Assembly: GCA_965263035.1 (NCBI GenBank)
Contig: OZ253580.1
Span: forward strand, 6,112,001 to 6,176,000
Length of the DNA stretch: 64,000 nucleotides
Origin: Acidobacteriota bacterium
Lineage (GTDB): Bacteria; Acidobacteriota; UBA6911; RPQK01; JAJDTT01
Direction of reading: 5' to 3'
The position numbers and the translations under genes are program-made. The notes below the pieces were generated by a model. It had not been told where the DNA came from. It worked only from the letters and a program-made list of their open reading frames with translations, and made no database searches. This document shows positions 1 through 8,822 of the stretch, piece after piece. Position 1 is the stretch's first letter, and each line of letters starts with the position of its first letter.

Positions 1-1635
1 ATCGACAGTTTCAGCCGCACCTTCGGAAAACATGACCTCAAGCTGGGAGGCGACCTGAACTCCAACGCGTCCAACCAGACCTTCATCGGGTTTGCCGGGG
101 GCGTCTACACTTTTTTCAGCCTGGAGGATTTTGTGGCCCGCACTCCGGCCTTCCTGCTCCAACGGGTAGGAATCAACGGTGTCAGTGTGGTGGAGAGCGG
201 CACCTTGCGGGATTTCTGGCAACACGAACTGTCGTTTTACGTGCAGGACAACTGGCGGGTGCATCCCGATTTCAACCTGAACCTGGGATTGCGATGGGAC
301 GGAGTCTGGAACCCGAAGTCCGGATTCGGCCTGCCCGAGGCGATGCTGCCGATCGGCAAGCCTCGCATCAATGGAAACAGGGTCTCAGTCGACGTGGCTC
401 CAGCCTCCTCCGATGTACCCGACGACTTCAACAACTTCGCGCCCCGCGTCGGATTCGCCTGGGACGTGGGCGGCCGGCGCAGCACCATCGTCCGGGGCGG
501 CGGCGGCATTTACTACGCCGCGACTCCCACCATCTTCGTTGCCGCAATGCTTTCCGGACCGGGACTGCGTTCCGCCGTCGTCTTCGTCCCCTTCTTCGGT
601 TCCCGTACCGACCTGCTCGGATTCGGCCTGAGTTATCCCGGCCTGCTCCCTTCGACGGCGACTCCCGAGGTCGAGAGCCTCATCGGCCCCCCTCCCATCG
701 ACTACGTGGATCCCAACTATCAGAGCGCCCGTGTGATCAACGGCCAGGTCGGAATCGAACAGCAGATCGCAGGAGACCTGAGCATCACCGGCACCTATAC
801 CTTCAACCGGTCGGCCAATCTGCGGACCGGCGGTTTCTTCTCCACGCCTTGGGACCGCAACCTGGACCCGTCCGGCGTGACTCTGGACGAGTACGGCCGC
901 ACGGTGGGCGGATTCAACCTCCCGCGCCTGGATCCGAACGTCGGCAACGCCAACGCCATCGCCAGCTTCGGAGAGGCCGAGTATCACGCCTTGATCGTCC
1001 AGTTGAAGAAGGATTTCCGAAATCGCACCCAGTTCGGGGTGAACTACTCGTTCTCCAACAACAGAGACAACGCCGCCAGCGACCGCTCCAGCGATGCCTA
1101 CTTCGGACCGTCGGATCCCTTCAACTTCCTGGAGTTGGATTGGGGGCGCAGTCAACTGGACATCACCCACCAGTTCTCGTTTTTCGGCTATTTCGAGCTG
1201 CCGGGGAAACTCCAGTTCAGCACCCTGGTGTCCGCCCGCAGCGGCCGACCTTTTCCGGCGTATTCGGGCCGTTGCGGAGATCCCGGCGTGGCCGACGGGT
1301 CCCCGGGATCCGCCTTCGAAAACAGCTTCCAATGCTCCAACGATTTCAATCCGATCCGCCCGGTGCAAGACGGCGCCCTGCTCGAACGCTACCCGTTCAC
1401 CACCGGCGCCTTCTTTCGCTGGGATTTCCGCCTCAGCCGAGAGTTTGCCTTGGCGGCCAGTGACGCCGCCTTGATTCGTTTCACCTTCGAGGTCTTCAAC
1501 CTGACCAATTCCGGCAACTACTACAGCACGCCCTTGGCGGCGCGAAACGCCATCTTGGGCGACCCCAACTTCATGCAGTTGGACCAGACCCCGGGTCCCA
1601 TCTCGGCCCAGTTCGGGTTGAAGGTGGTTTTCTAG
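1..1635 (+). CDS. TonB-dependent receptor, Oar/Acidobacteria type (C-terminal part; start lies outside window)
   Basis: YVQDNWRV..LNLGLRWD, NNFAPRVGFAWD, EVFNLTN motifs and C-terminal QFGLKVVF; frame open from base 1. Confidence 0.9.
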   Translation: MDSFSRTFGKHDLKLGGDLNSNASNQTFIGFAGGVYTFFSLEDFVARTPAFLLQRVGINGVSVVESGTLRDFWQHELSFYVQDNWRVHPDFNLNLGLRWDGVWNPKSGFGLPEAMLPIGKPRINGNRVSVDVAPASSDVPDDFNNFAPRVGFAWDVGGRRSTIVRGGGGIYYAATPTIFVAAMLSGPGLRSAVVFVPFFGSRTDLLGFGLSYPGLLPSTATPEVESLIGPPPIDYVDPNYQSARVINGQVGIEQQIAGDLSITGTYTFNRSANLRTGGFFSTPWDRNLDPSGVTLDEYGRTVGGFNLPRLDPNVGNANAIASFGEAEYHALIVQLKKDFRNRTQFGVNYSFSNNRDNAASDRSSDAYFGPSDPFNFLELDWGRSQLDITHQFSFFGYFELPGKLQFSTLVSARSGRPFPAYSGRCGDPGVADGSPGSAFENSFQCSNDFNPIRPVQDGALLERYPFTTGAFFRWDFRLSREFALAASDAALIRFTFEVFNLTNSGNYYSTPLAARNAILGDPNFMQLDQTPGPISAQFGLKVVF

Positions 1636-1659
1636 ATCCGGCTCCCGCGGCGGCGGCTT

Positions 1660-1686
1660 GGAGCGGCAACTTTCTTGTCGCCGACC
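1660..1686 (+). repeat. REP-like hairpin (GGAG foot), uninterrupted copy
   Basis: GGAGCGGCAACTTTCTTGTCGCCGACC resembles the two units AGGAGCGGCGACTTCCAGTCGCCGAAC / AGGAGCGGCGGTTTCCAACCGCCGAGC reconstructed at 2870-3562. Confidence 0.6.
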
Positions 1687-1716
1687 CGGGGGCTTGGTTT
1701 ACGGAGGATGACTGAA

Positions 1717-1830
1717 ATGGCCAAGTTGACGGTCCGGCTTCCTGATGCCCATCGTGATCGCTTGAAGGCCATGGCCGCGCAGCGTGGCCTGAGTTTGAAT
1801 AGGCTGATGGAGGAAATTTCCGTCCGCTCA
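1717..1830 (+). pseudogene. Ribbon-helix-helix (HicB/Arc-like antitoxin) N-terminal fragment
   Basis: GGAGG RBS, then MAKLTVRLPDAHRDRLKAMAAQRGLSLNRLMEEIS; runs into the convergent gene, no toxin partner. Confidence 0.6.
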
Positions 1831-2595
1831 GAACCGAAACTCGTGATCCGGACCCTGGACATGCCGCACAAAGGCTTCCGCGAACTCGCACCGGTACTCG
1901 GCGCCGCGGAATCGGTTCATCAGGTCATGCCGCCGATACATCCCCTCCGGGTTCTGACTGGCGTGGGCATAGGTAGCCTTCTTCTTCAGGGACTCGGTCG
2001 CCGTAATATCCACGTAGTGGGTGGGTGAAAAGGTCTGGCTCTGGATCCCCGAGTAGACCTCGTAGAAGTAGAGGTCGAACTTCCGGTCCATTTTCAGCCA
2101 GGCATCGAAAGCCAGCGTGCCGGCCGCGCGGTGATCGCGGTGGCGGTCGATGGGCCAGTGCGTGAAGAGAAGGTCCGGGTCTTCTCCCTGGATGATCTTC
2201 AGGAAATCCTCGTAGCGCCGATTTCCGGTCTCGGTGTCGCCGTCGATCTGCCCGGCGAAGAGGGGACGCGCTCCCAGAATCCGGCACGCTGCCTGAGCCT
2301 CGGCAGTGCGGATGCGGGCGGCCTCTTCCAGCGACTTTCCCCGGATCCCCCGCTCGCCTCGGGTCAGGTAGAGGGCCGTCACCCGGTGTCCCGCGCCGGC
2401 GTAACGGGCGATGGTCCCGCCGCAACCGGTTTCGGGGTCGTCCGGATGGGCTCCCACGACTACGACCTTGAGTCGGTGGTTGCCCTCGGATTGCTCCGCA
2501 GGGGTCTCGCCCTCGCCTGCGGCGAGCCCTAACAGCGTCCCGCCGGCCAATACTGCCGGAACACCCAACAGGTCACGTCTCGGGATCGATGGCAT
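1828..2595 (-). CDS. PIG-L/LmbE family deacetylase with Tat signal
   Basis: RRDLL Tat motif, GAHPDD, LTRGE, HRDH motifs. Confidence 0.9.
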   Translation of the reverse strand: MPSIPRRDLLGVPAVLAGGTLLGLAAGEGETPAEQSEGNHRLKVVVVGAHPDDPETGCGGTIARYAGAGHRVTALYLTRGERGIRGKSLEEAARIRTAEAQAACRILGARPLFAGQIDGDTETGNRRYEDFLKIIQGEDPDLLFTHWPIDRHRDHRAAGTLAFDAWLKMDRKFDLYFYEVYSGIQSQTFSPTHYVDITATESLKKKATYAHASQNPEGMYRRHDLMNRFRGAEYRCEFAEAFVRHVQGPDHEFRF

Positions 2596-2622
2596 CTCAT
2601 GCCTCCTTGGAGGAGCGACGTT

Positions 2623-2789
2623 CTAGGAGCCTGCGCCGCAGAAATTAATCTACTGCGAAAGCGGTAGAATCGGTCCATATTTCCTCGATTTCTCGGCGAA
2701 TAGAACAACTATGCACCTCCAAATCGAGAAAATCTGGCCTCGATTCCCCACTTTCTCGCTACGATCATTTCTACCGCGCAGACTCCTAG
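2623..2789 (+). mobile_element. MITE family A, copy 1 (~167 bp)
   Basis: Terminal inverted repeats CTAGGAGCCTGCGC...GCGCAGACTCCTAG; near-identical inverted copy at 22711-22877. Confidence 0.85.
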
Positions 2790-2885
2790 TCGCCCAAATC
2801 CTTCGCTTATATTCCCCCTCGCACCAGTTTCCCTCTTCATCCGTCGCCTTGTCGCTTCAAGCTCCTCCGGAGTTCGGCGACTGGA

Positions 2886-3527
2886 GTCGCGGTAGGGACG
2901 CCGGTTGCCCAGCGCCCCCCGCGCAGATCCGTGCGTGCCCGTTAAGGCACACGGCTCCTACCTCAGGTAATGACGGCAGGTCGCGACGCCCGCCGTATCC
3001 GACCCCCGCCTGTGTCACGGTAGCCCGGCTCTGAGTCCGGTCCGTACTTTGGTGAGCCGAATTCCCCTTGGTTCCACCCCTTCGCTCCACCGACTCCGCA
3101 GAGAGTTCCCCCTCCTTGTTCGCCCGCTTCATCACTACTATGGGTGAATCCGATTGCTTCCTCTCTCCCCTCATGGGTTACGGCTTTCCCCTTTCCCACA
3201 AGGCCCCGGCTCTCGCCGGGGAGAGAGTAAGCCCTCCCAGGTCCCGACACCAGATGTACGTACGTGCATGGGTTCTTTGACACCGCAGAGCCCGGCTGCC
3301 CCTCACCCTGGCGGTCCAGCCGGTGTTGCCTTCGACCGCGACTACAGCCTCGGCACTTCCGATCAGGGAGCTTTCGATGCTCAATAGCCTGCCCATACGC
3401 ACCGCTACCGACGCTTCGCCGACACCCTCACGGGTGCCCACGCACGGCTCGCGGAGAAACGTGGATGGTTAGTCCTTCGTTTCAGCGGACTTTCACCGCC
3501 TATCTTGTGCCAGTTAGCCTGGCGCAC
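2886..3527 (-). ncRNA. ORF-less group II intron (~642 nt)
   Basis: 5' GUGCG at 3527; domain V GAGCCGUGUGCCUUAACGGGCACGCACGGAUC; domain VI ending CCCUACCGCGAC at 2886; only IEP N/C-terminal scraps remain in domain IV; EBS1/EBS2 match the 5' exon. Confidence 0.9.
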
Positions 3528-3580
3528 AGTCGCCGCTCCTGCTCGGCGGTTGGAAACCGCCGCTTGTCTGTTTAAATGGG

Positions 3581-3742
3581 GCCGTCCGGGTCGCTCATGA
3601 GCGACCCGGACGGCGGTGGCTGGACCGTACCGCCGCGGACTGTTACGAACCGTATGGGAGTGAGGTCGGCCACCGTCTTTCCCGATGTCCTGAATGGATA
3701 CGAGGGCATCAAGGCCCGAATGACAAGCACAGGAGACAGGAA
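3581..3742 (+). ncRNA. Predicted IS110 bridge RNA
   Basis: 34-bp perfect palindrome (3581-3614), then two stem/internal-loop domains holding ACCGCCGC (3629-3636) and GGGAG (3656-3660) target guides, and ATGGATAC (3694-3701) and GACAAG (3722-3727) donor guides. Confidence 0.75.
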
Positions 3743-3744
3743 AG

Positions 3745-4692
3745 ATGAAACAGCATACCGTAGGCATCGACATCTCGAAAGCGCACCTGGACGCGCACCG
3801 GCTGGCCGACGGCCATTCCGCCCAGTTCGACAATGACCCGGCCGGCTTCCGGGCGCTGATTGATTGGATCGGAACTCCGGTCGAGTGCGTCGCGTACGAG
3901 GCCACCGGTCCCTACCACCGGGACCTCGAGGAAGCGCTGTCCAAAGCGAAGCTGCCGCTGGCGAAGGTGAACCCCTGGCAGGCGCGGCGCTTCGCCGAGG
4001 CGACCGGGAGCCGCGCCAAGACCGACGCCGTAGACGCTCGGAAACTGGCCCAGCTGGCCGCCACGCTGGAGCCGCGCCGGACCCAGGTGCCGTCCAAAAC
4101 GCAACGCCGGCTCCAGGATCTGCAGACGTCCCGGGACGCGCTGATGCGCCAGCGCACGGCCGCGCTCAACCGCCGCCGACAGCTCCGCGAACCCCTGCTC
4201 AAACAGCAGAACCAGATCCAGATCAACATGTTCGAGCGCCACCTGCGCGCCATCGACCGCAAAATGCAGCAGCTGATTGCGGCCGACGAGGCGCGGGCCC
4301 GCAAGTTGGAGATCCTCACCTCCATCCCGGGGATCGCGGCCACCACCGCCGCCGGTCTGCTGGCCGAGATGCCCGAGCTGGGCGCCCTCAGCGGCAAGGC
4401 CGCCGCCAGTCTGGCCGGGTTGGCCGCCGTTCCGCGCGAGTCGGGGGCTTGGCAGGGCCGGGCCTTCATCCGGGGCGGACGGGCGCGGGCGCGACGGCTC
4501 CTGTACATGCCGGCGGTGGCCGCCCTGCGTTGGAACCCCGACTTGGCCGAGGTGTACCGGAGGCTGAGCGAGCGCGGCAAGCCCGGCAAGGTGGCCCTCG
4601 TCGCCGTCATGCGCAAGCTTATCGTCCTGGCCAACACCCTCGTCCGGCAGGACCGCACCTGGTTGCCCGTAGCGCCCCGAGCGACCTTCTGA
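3745..4692 (+). CDS. IS110 family DEDD recombinase/transposase
   Basis: GIDISK, YEATG, KTDAVDA, SIPGI, PRESG, AVMRKL motifs. Confidence 0.95.
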   Translation: MKQHTVGIDISKAHLDAHRLADGHSAQFDNDPAGFRALIDWIGTPVECVAYEATGPYHRDLEEALSKAKLPLAKVNPWQARRFAEATGSRAKTDAVDARKLAQLAATLEPRRTQVPSKTQRRLQDLQTSRDALMRQRTAALNRRRQLREPLLKQQNQIQINMFERHLRAIDRKMQQLIAADEARARKLEILTSIPGIAATTAAGLLAEMPELGALSGKAAASLAGLAAVPRESGAWQGRAFIRGGRARARRLLYMPAVAALRWNPDLAEVYRRLSERGKPGKVALVAVMRKLIVLANTLVRQDRTWLPVAPRATF

Positions 4693-5086
4693 GGCCACGG
4701 AGAAACCCCGTGAGGAAAGGGAGCGTGTGGACCCCCTGATGGCCGTCTGTCGAACTTCCGGTCAAGTCTGGCCGGAAGCTTGCTTACGGCCATGAAAGCT
4801 CTTCACGCCCTGGGGAGCGCCGGGTCACCCGAAGGGTCGCAGCGAAGCGGAGGAGCCGGAGGCTTGACCCGACGCTCCCCAGGGCGTATCCGGACCTCCC
4901 GGAGGACTGACGTCGACGATCTCAGGTCCCTCGATCCAGTTATCGGTCCACTCATCGCCCCCTGCACGGCGCCCGGCGGATCCAGCTCGATCTCCGCCTC
5001 ACCTCCGGCGGAAGAACGCTCCTCCTAACCCTGTGCCCTTTGGACCGGACAGATCACGTACTAACGACACGGGATGGAAACACCGA

Positions 5087-7330
5087 TTAGCACCCACCAC
5101 TTGCAACATGGATACTCCTCTCCAGAAACCGGTCGGTGCTGTCGGGATCGATCCGGCGGCAACTCCGGCGCAGGGCGAGAGCCACCACTTCCAGGTCCCG
5201 GCTGCAGGCGGTGTCCCACTTGGAGAGCGCGGCGAACTCGCCGCACAGCAGGGCCAACCGGAGCATATGGCGAAACAGAATCCCCTCCTGCTTGACCAGA
5301 CCGCGGCTGTGGACGAACCGGTTGAAGTTCCCGCCGAGATCCAGGAGGTGCCCGGCGGCCCAGACCGGCCGAACCCTCAACTGGGAGACCTGGGGCAATC
5401 GCCCATTGAAGACGAGCCGCAGCTTGGCGGCCAGAGTCGGACCCGGACCCGCCTGCATGAGTTCCTCCCGCAACCTCGTCTCCGTCCCCCCGGCCGGTCC
5501 CAGCCGCGCCAACTCGGGATTGAGACAGTTCGTCTCCAGCGGTCCGGGGTCCAACCTTCGAGCGTCCGGTACCGGAACGGATCGGGCGACGGCTCCCGAG
5601 AGCTCCAGCACGCTCTCCAGGGCCTGAATTCGCTCGCTCCGGCTGGCCCGGGGGAGCAGATCCCTCAGGAAGTCGCCGTAGAGGGGATTGATGCCGCGAA
5701 AGGCCAGCAGCCGATCCAGCCGCGGCGTGGCCTGGGCCAACACCGGCCGGTAGTCTCCGCGGTCCTCCGGATCCGGAGGCGGCTCCGGGTCCAACGTCAC
5801 ATAACCTCCCAGCCGGAGGGTGAGCAGCATGTCATTCAGGGCTCTCTGGGCCGACTGCACCGCTCGGGCGCTGAGCAACCGCTTCCCGACCATGGCTCGG
5901 ACCTCGCCGACCCGGGGGGAACGTTTCAACAGGTAAGCCAGATACCTCCAAGGCAGGGGGCCCCGGCTGGCCAGGGCCGCCGGCCGCGCGGCGACCAGAC
6001 GGCGAAACTGGGCCTGGTCCCAAGCGGGCCGGTTCTGCCTCCCGGACCTCATCTTCCGGGCCAGGGACTTGCGAGCCTGGCGAAACGCGGACTTGCGGGT
6101 GCGGGCGGGGATCGACTCCAACCGCCGCTTGCGGCGCAGGAGTTTCACCTGTTCCTCCGGCGCCAGGGCCAGGACAAAGCCCCGCCGGTCCCATTGGGGC
6201 CGTCCGGCCCGGCCGAAGATCTGGTGGGCGGTGGTGGCGTCCAGCGCCCGTTTCTGCCGGGGCGGGCCCTTGACCAGGCTCTTCAGCACCACGGACCTGG
6301 CCGGCAGATTGATCCCGGCCGACAGGGTCTCGGTGCAGATGACCACGGGGAGAAGCCGGCGCTGGAACAACTCCTCCACCACGCGCCGGTACTTGGGGAG
6401 GATCCCGGCATGATGAACCCCCACGCCGCGCAGCAGGAGTTGCCGCAGGACGGGTCCGGCTCCGTCGGACAGGTCCAGGTCCCGTACCCGGGCGGCCAGC
6501 GTCCGCTTCCGGCTCCCGTCCACCAGGGGCCGGCCCTTGAGCCGTACCGCCATCGACCAACACTCCCGGCGGTTGAAACAGAACACCAGACAGGGGCTCC
6601 TTCGCCCCTTCTTCCCTCCCCGGACCAGTTCCACCAGCAGCTCTTCCAGCAGCAGGTCGCCGACCCACTGGTACGTCAACGGCACCCGCCGTTCCCTTCC
6701 CTGGAGCAGCTGCATTTGCCGGCCGTGGCTGTTCCGAAGCCAGCGCGTGAAGGACTCGGGACGGCCCACCGTGGCCGAGAGCAGCAGCAGCCTCACGTGC
6801 TTGGGAAGCAGCGAAAGGGACAACTCCCAGACGATGCCGCGTTCCGGGTCCCGGAACGTGTGGAATTCGTCCTTGACCACCACGGCGACGCGATCGAAAT
6901 CGAAGTTGTCGGGTCGCAGCAGGCGATTGAGGAGGATCTCGGCCACCACCACCCGTACCGGCGCGTCAGGGTTGACCTGCCGGTTCCCGGTCACCAGCCC
7001 CACGGTGTCGCCGGGGAATCCCCAGCGTACGGCGGCGGCCTGCATCTCCCGGAATTTCTGCTCGGTCAGCGCGATGAGCGGAGTGGTGTAGTAGGCCGTT
7101 CGGCCGCTGTGGAGAGCCTCGAAGAGGGCCCCTTCGGCGATCAAGGTCTTGCCGGTGCCGGTGGGCGCGGTCACCAGCAGGTCCTCTTCCGAGGCGTACC
7201 AAGCCTCCAGAGCGTCCCTCTGAAAAGGATAGGGTTTGAAAGGAAGAGACTGCAGGTAACGATCCAGCAGCTCTCGCCGCCGGGTCGAGGCTGTTTCGAT
7301 CACTCGCTGGGAGTCAGCCGTGGACCTCAC
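5087..7330 (-). CDS. Ski2/HelY-like DEAD/DEAH-box helicase (DUF3516-like); C-terminal tail replaced by IS110 sequence
   Basis: APTGTGKT, DEFH, LSAT, HHAG, GINLPA, QIFGRAGR. Confidence 0.9.
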   Translation of the reverse strand: MRSTADSQRVIETASTRRRELLDRYLQSLPFKPYPFQRDALEAWYASEEDLLVTAPTGTGKTLIAEGALFEALHSGRTAYYTTPLIALTEQKFREMQAAAVRWGFPGDTVGLVTGNRQVNPDAPVRVVVAEILLNRLLRPDNFDFDRVAVVVKDEFHTFRDPERGIVWELSLSLLPKHVRLLLLSATVGRPESFTRWLRNSHGRQMQLLQGRERRVPLTYQWVGDLLLEELLVELVRGGKKGRRSPCLVFCFNRRECWSMAVRLKGRPLVDGSRKRTLAARVRDLDLSDGAGPVLRQLLLRGVGVHHAGILPKYRRVVEELFQRRLLPVVICTETLSAGINLPARSVVLKSLVKGPPRQKRALDATTAHQIFGRAGRPQWDRRGFVLALAPEEQVKLLRRKRRLESIPARTRKSAFRQARKSLARKMRSGRQNRPAWDQAQFRRLVAARPAALASRGPLPWRYLAYLLKRSPRVGEVRAMVGKRLLSARAVQSAQRALNDMLLTLRLGGYVTLDPEPPPDPEDRGDYRPVLAQATPRLDRLLAFRGINPLYGDFLRDLLPRASRSERIQALESVLELSGAVARSVPVPDARRLDPGPLETNCLNPELARLGPAGGTETRLREELMQAGPGPTLAAKLRLVFNGRLPQVSQLRVRPVWAAGHLLDLGGNFNRFVHSRGLVKQEGILFRHMLRLALLCGEFAALSKWDTACSRDLEVVALALRRSCRRIDPDSTDRFLERSIHVASGGC

Positions 7331-8288
7331 CCCCGGCCCGGTCCAGGCCGGCTCGTTCCGGATCTCGCTTCCAGTCCTCCAGCTCGGGCCCCGCCAGCCG
7401 GCGGGCGCGATCCCTGAGGGCTGCCATCTGCGGTTCCTCCAGAGCGGCGAAGCGCTGGGCGATCCGGACGTCGTCCTCGATCTGCCCCAGTGTGGTGGCG
7501 CCCATGGTCAGGCAATGGATGGGGAGGCTGAGGACGTACTGGAGGCACTGTTCGACGCTGAAGGATTGGAGCAGCTTGGCGTTGGCCAGACTCTTCATGC
7601 CCTGGATGCCCAGTCCCTGGCGGACGGCCTCGGGAAGCACGACCTGCTCGAAGCTCAGGTAGGAGGGGTCCGCGGGATTCAGGGGCATCAGGATGGTGTC
7701 GAACTGGTCGTAGCGCTTCAGCATCTCCATGTGGACGTGGGGATCCGTATGCCCGGTGAAGCCGATGAACCGGGTCTTGCCGCTCCGCTTGGCCTCCTCG
7801 AAGGCCTCGATGGCGCCGCCGGGACCGAAGATCTGGTCCACCTCCTCCATCCGGCCGACGGAGTGGATCTGCCACAGGTCCACGTAGTCCATCTTGAGCC
7901 GCTTCAGGGAGATCTCCAATTCCTTGGCGGCTCCGTCCCGGGTCCGATCGGCACTCTTGGTGGTCACGAAGACCTCCTTGCGGAAGGCGGGCAGCACCTC
8001 GCCGTACACCTCTTCGGAACGTCCGGACCAGTAGGTATGGGCGTTGTCGAAGTAGTTGATCCCGAGCTCGTAGGCCCGAAGCGTCACCGCCTTGGCGTCC
8101 TCGAAGGAGATCAGAGGAAAGCGTCCTCCGGCCTGCCCAACGATGGTCAGCTTTTCTCCCGTCTTGCCGAAGACGCGCTTGGGGATGTCCCCGCCGGTCG
8201 CCGACGGGACCGGGTTCCGGCCCCAAGCCTTGCTCCTGAGAGCAAACAAACCGGTCAGGGCGCTGCCAAAAAAGGTTCTGCGACGCAT
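7314..8288 (-). CDS. Aldo/keto reductase with Tat signal
   Basis: MRRRTFF Tat motif; GINYFDNAHTY, SLKRLKMDYVDLWQIH, FIGFTGH. Confidence 0.9.
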   Translation of the reverse strand: MRRRTFFGSALTGLFALRSKAWGRNPVPSATGGDIPKRVFGKTGEKLTIVGQAGGRFPLISFEDAKAVTLRAYELGINYFDNAHTYWSGRSEEVYGEVLPAFRKEVFVTTKSADRTRDGAAKELEISLKRLKMDYVDLWQIHSVGRMEEVDQIFGPGGAIEAFEEAKRSGKTRFIGFTGHTDPHVHMEMLKRYDQFDTILMPLNPADPSYLSFEQVVLPEAVRQGLGIQGMKSLANAKLLQSFSVEQCLQYVLSLPIHCLTMGATTLGQIEDDVRIAQRFAALEEPQMAALRDRARRLAGPELEDWKRDPERAGLDRAGGEVHG

Positions 8289-8590
8289 ATTCTTTCCTCC
8301 AGAAGCACTGGCCTTAGATTGCCGCCATAATATCGCATGTTCCCGACGGTCGAAAGCCCGGCGGTCCCCGTCCATCGGCTGTTCGACTCCCGTCTCCGGC
8401 CATGGATACGAACATCCGGTGGCAACCGCCCACCAGCGTGATTCGACTTCTTCCCCTCCCGTTCCGCGCTCCTCCCGGCCGGTGCCGTCAGCATGTCAGG
8501 TTGTCCGTCCTCAGCTTCGGACCTCACTGAAACACTCGCTACGGAAATGCAGTTTGCAATGGGAAACACTCCTTGAATCTCCTAAACTCC

Positions 8591-8756
8591 TAACAGCCCG
8601 TGGCGAAAGTCCCGCGAGCACCGAGACCGGTCCTGCGCCCGCCGGACCAGGCGCGATGAGGGAGCATACCGGGAGTATGTGAGCCGATAGCAACGCAGTC
8701 CGCGCACGATGCAGGGACGGTCGAATGCCGTGACGACTTTTGCCACGGGCTGCTAA
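8591..8756 (+). mobile_element. MITE family B, copy 1 (~165 bp)
   Basis: TIR CAGCCCGTGGCGAAAGTC...GACTTTTGCCACGGGCTG; two further copies in window. Confidence 0.85.
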
Positions 8757-8822
8757 TCCTGAAGGCTGTTCTCAAGACACCACCGAGATTCCTCAGGATC
8801 GGAACATTTTGGAGATTATTCG

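Larger units (their letters stand above)
3563..5116 (+). mobile_element. IS110-family element, CT core to CT core
   Basis: Left end CT-TGTC at 3563, right end ATGGATA-CT at 5116, both matching donor guides in the left-end RNA; removal restores a REP and the helicase reading frame. Confidence 0.85.

Noticed and set aside
2711-3575. Short ORFs over the MITE and intron
   Set aside because: Translations of non-coding structured elements.
5033-7417. Long antisense ORFs (e.g. 5033-7417, 12176-13834, 14031-15404, 18066-19940, 27017-28555)
   Set aside because: Shadow frames of real genes in high-GC DNA; no recognisable motifs.
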